A stretch of 56,353 nucleotides of DNA from a virus. Taxonomy: Duplodnaviria > Caudoviricetes. The first letter of the stretch is position 1; every line of letters begins with the position of its first letter. The notes beneath the pieces were generated by a model, which searched no databases, was not told where the DNA came from, and saw nothing but the letters and a program-made list of their open reading frames with translations. The stretch lies in the IMG/VR virus record IMGVR_UViG_3300046804_004565, positions 1 through 56,353 of that record; one strand, written 5' to 3'. The position numbers were made by a program, and so were the translations under genes. Positions 56,199 through 56,353 of this stretch are shown here, piece after piece.

Positions 56199-56353
56199 TG
56201 TAGCCGGGGAGAGTCGAACTCCCGTGCTATATAATATACATACAAACATATACAAGCTTATCTCTTATAATCCGACAATGTTTGGTAGAGCACCACATTG
56301 AAGTTGAGAGTTCTGTATTGACTCGCTGTTATTACCGACTCTCTGCCTTATAA
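56199..56353 (-). ncRNA. ssrA: tmRNA, 3' portion (5' end and tag ORF outside the window)
   Basis: T-arm GGGAG-UUCGACU-CUCCC, acceptor strand CGGCUAC, discriminator A, U70 for the G3.U70 Ala identity pair; no anticodon arm upstream; UAAGCUUGUA at the position of tmRNA UAAGCAUGUA; pk4-like pseudoknot (CAAUGU/ACAUUG, loop CUCU pairing with AGAG). Confidence 0.8.

Noticed and set aside
56199-56275. tRNA-Ala gene
   Set aside because: The T-arm and acceptor strand are tRNA-like, but there is no anticodon or D arm and no complementary 5' acceptor strand within 76-95 nt. The upstream sequence fits tmRNA.
1-56353. Stop-codon recoding (code 15 or 4), which is often linked with theta ribozymes
   Set aside because: Genes up to 1100 aa are intact in the standard code and coding density is high. 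TAG ends complete-looking genes (7944, 34218) and TGA is used in ATGA overlaps.

Overview
A 56-kb segment of a large dsDNA bacteriophage genome, probably a huge or jumbo phage. It is AT-rich and densely coding, mostly on the minus strand, reads in the standard code, and has a T4 gp62-like clamp-loader gene. From left to right: (1) small hypothetical genes mixed with nucleic-acid enzymes (GIY-YIG homing endonuclease, ATP-dependent DNA ligase, Dam-like methylase plus putative nuclease, metallophosphoesterase, HNH, RNase Z); (2) a 10.6-kb array of six paralogous, probably virion-surface proteins that share an ~100-aa N-terminal module but carry different C-terminal domains, with a trypsin-like protease embedded; (3) SF2 helicase, GNAT, a lipoprotein with membrane segments, GMP reductase and dUTPase; (4) a ~17-kb glycan island (about 9 glycosyltransferases, 2 sulfotransferases, radical SAM, RfbH/DdhC, epimerase, SDR, NDP-sugar dehydrogenase-like); (5) PD-(D/E)xK exonuclease, dNMP kinase, clamp loader, HNH, RNA ligase 1, UvsE and an outer-membrane beta-barrel. 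The top finding is at the right edge. The 3' part of a tmRNA gene, with no encoded CCA, is followed with no spacer by a complete 59-nt minimal HDV-like (theta-type) ribozyme whose predicted cleavage site falls exactly after the tmRNA discriminator base. The window also encodes candidate enzymes for repairing the resulting 2',3'-cyclic phosphate. All protein calls come from motif recognition by eye; no searches were run.
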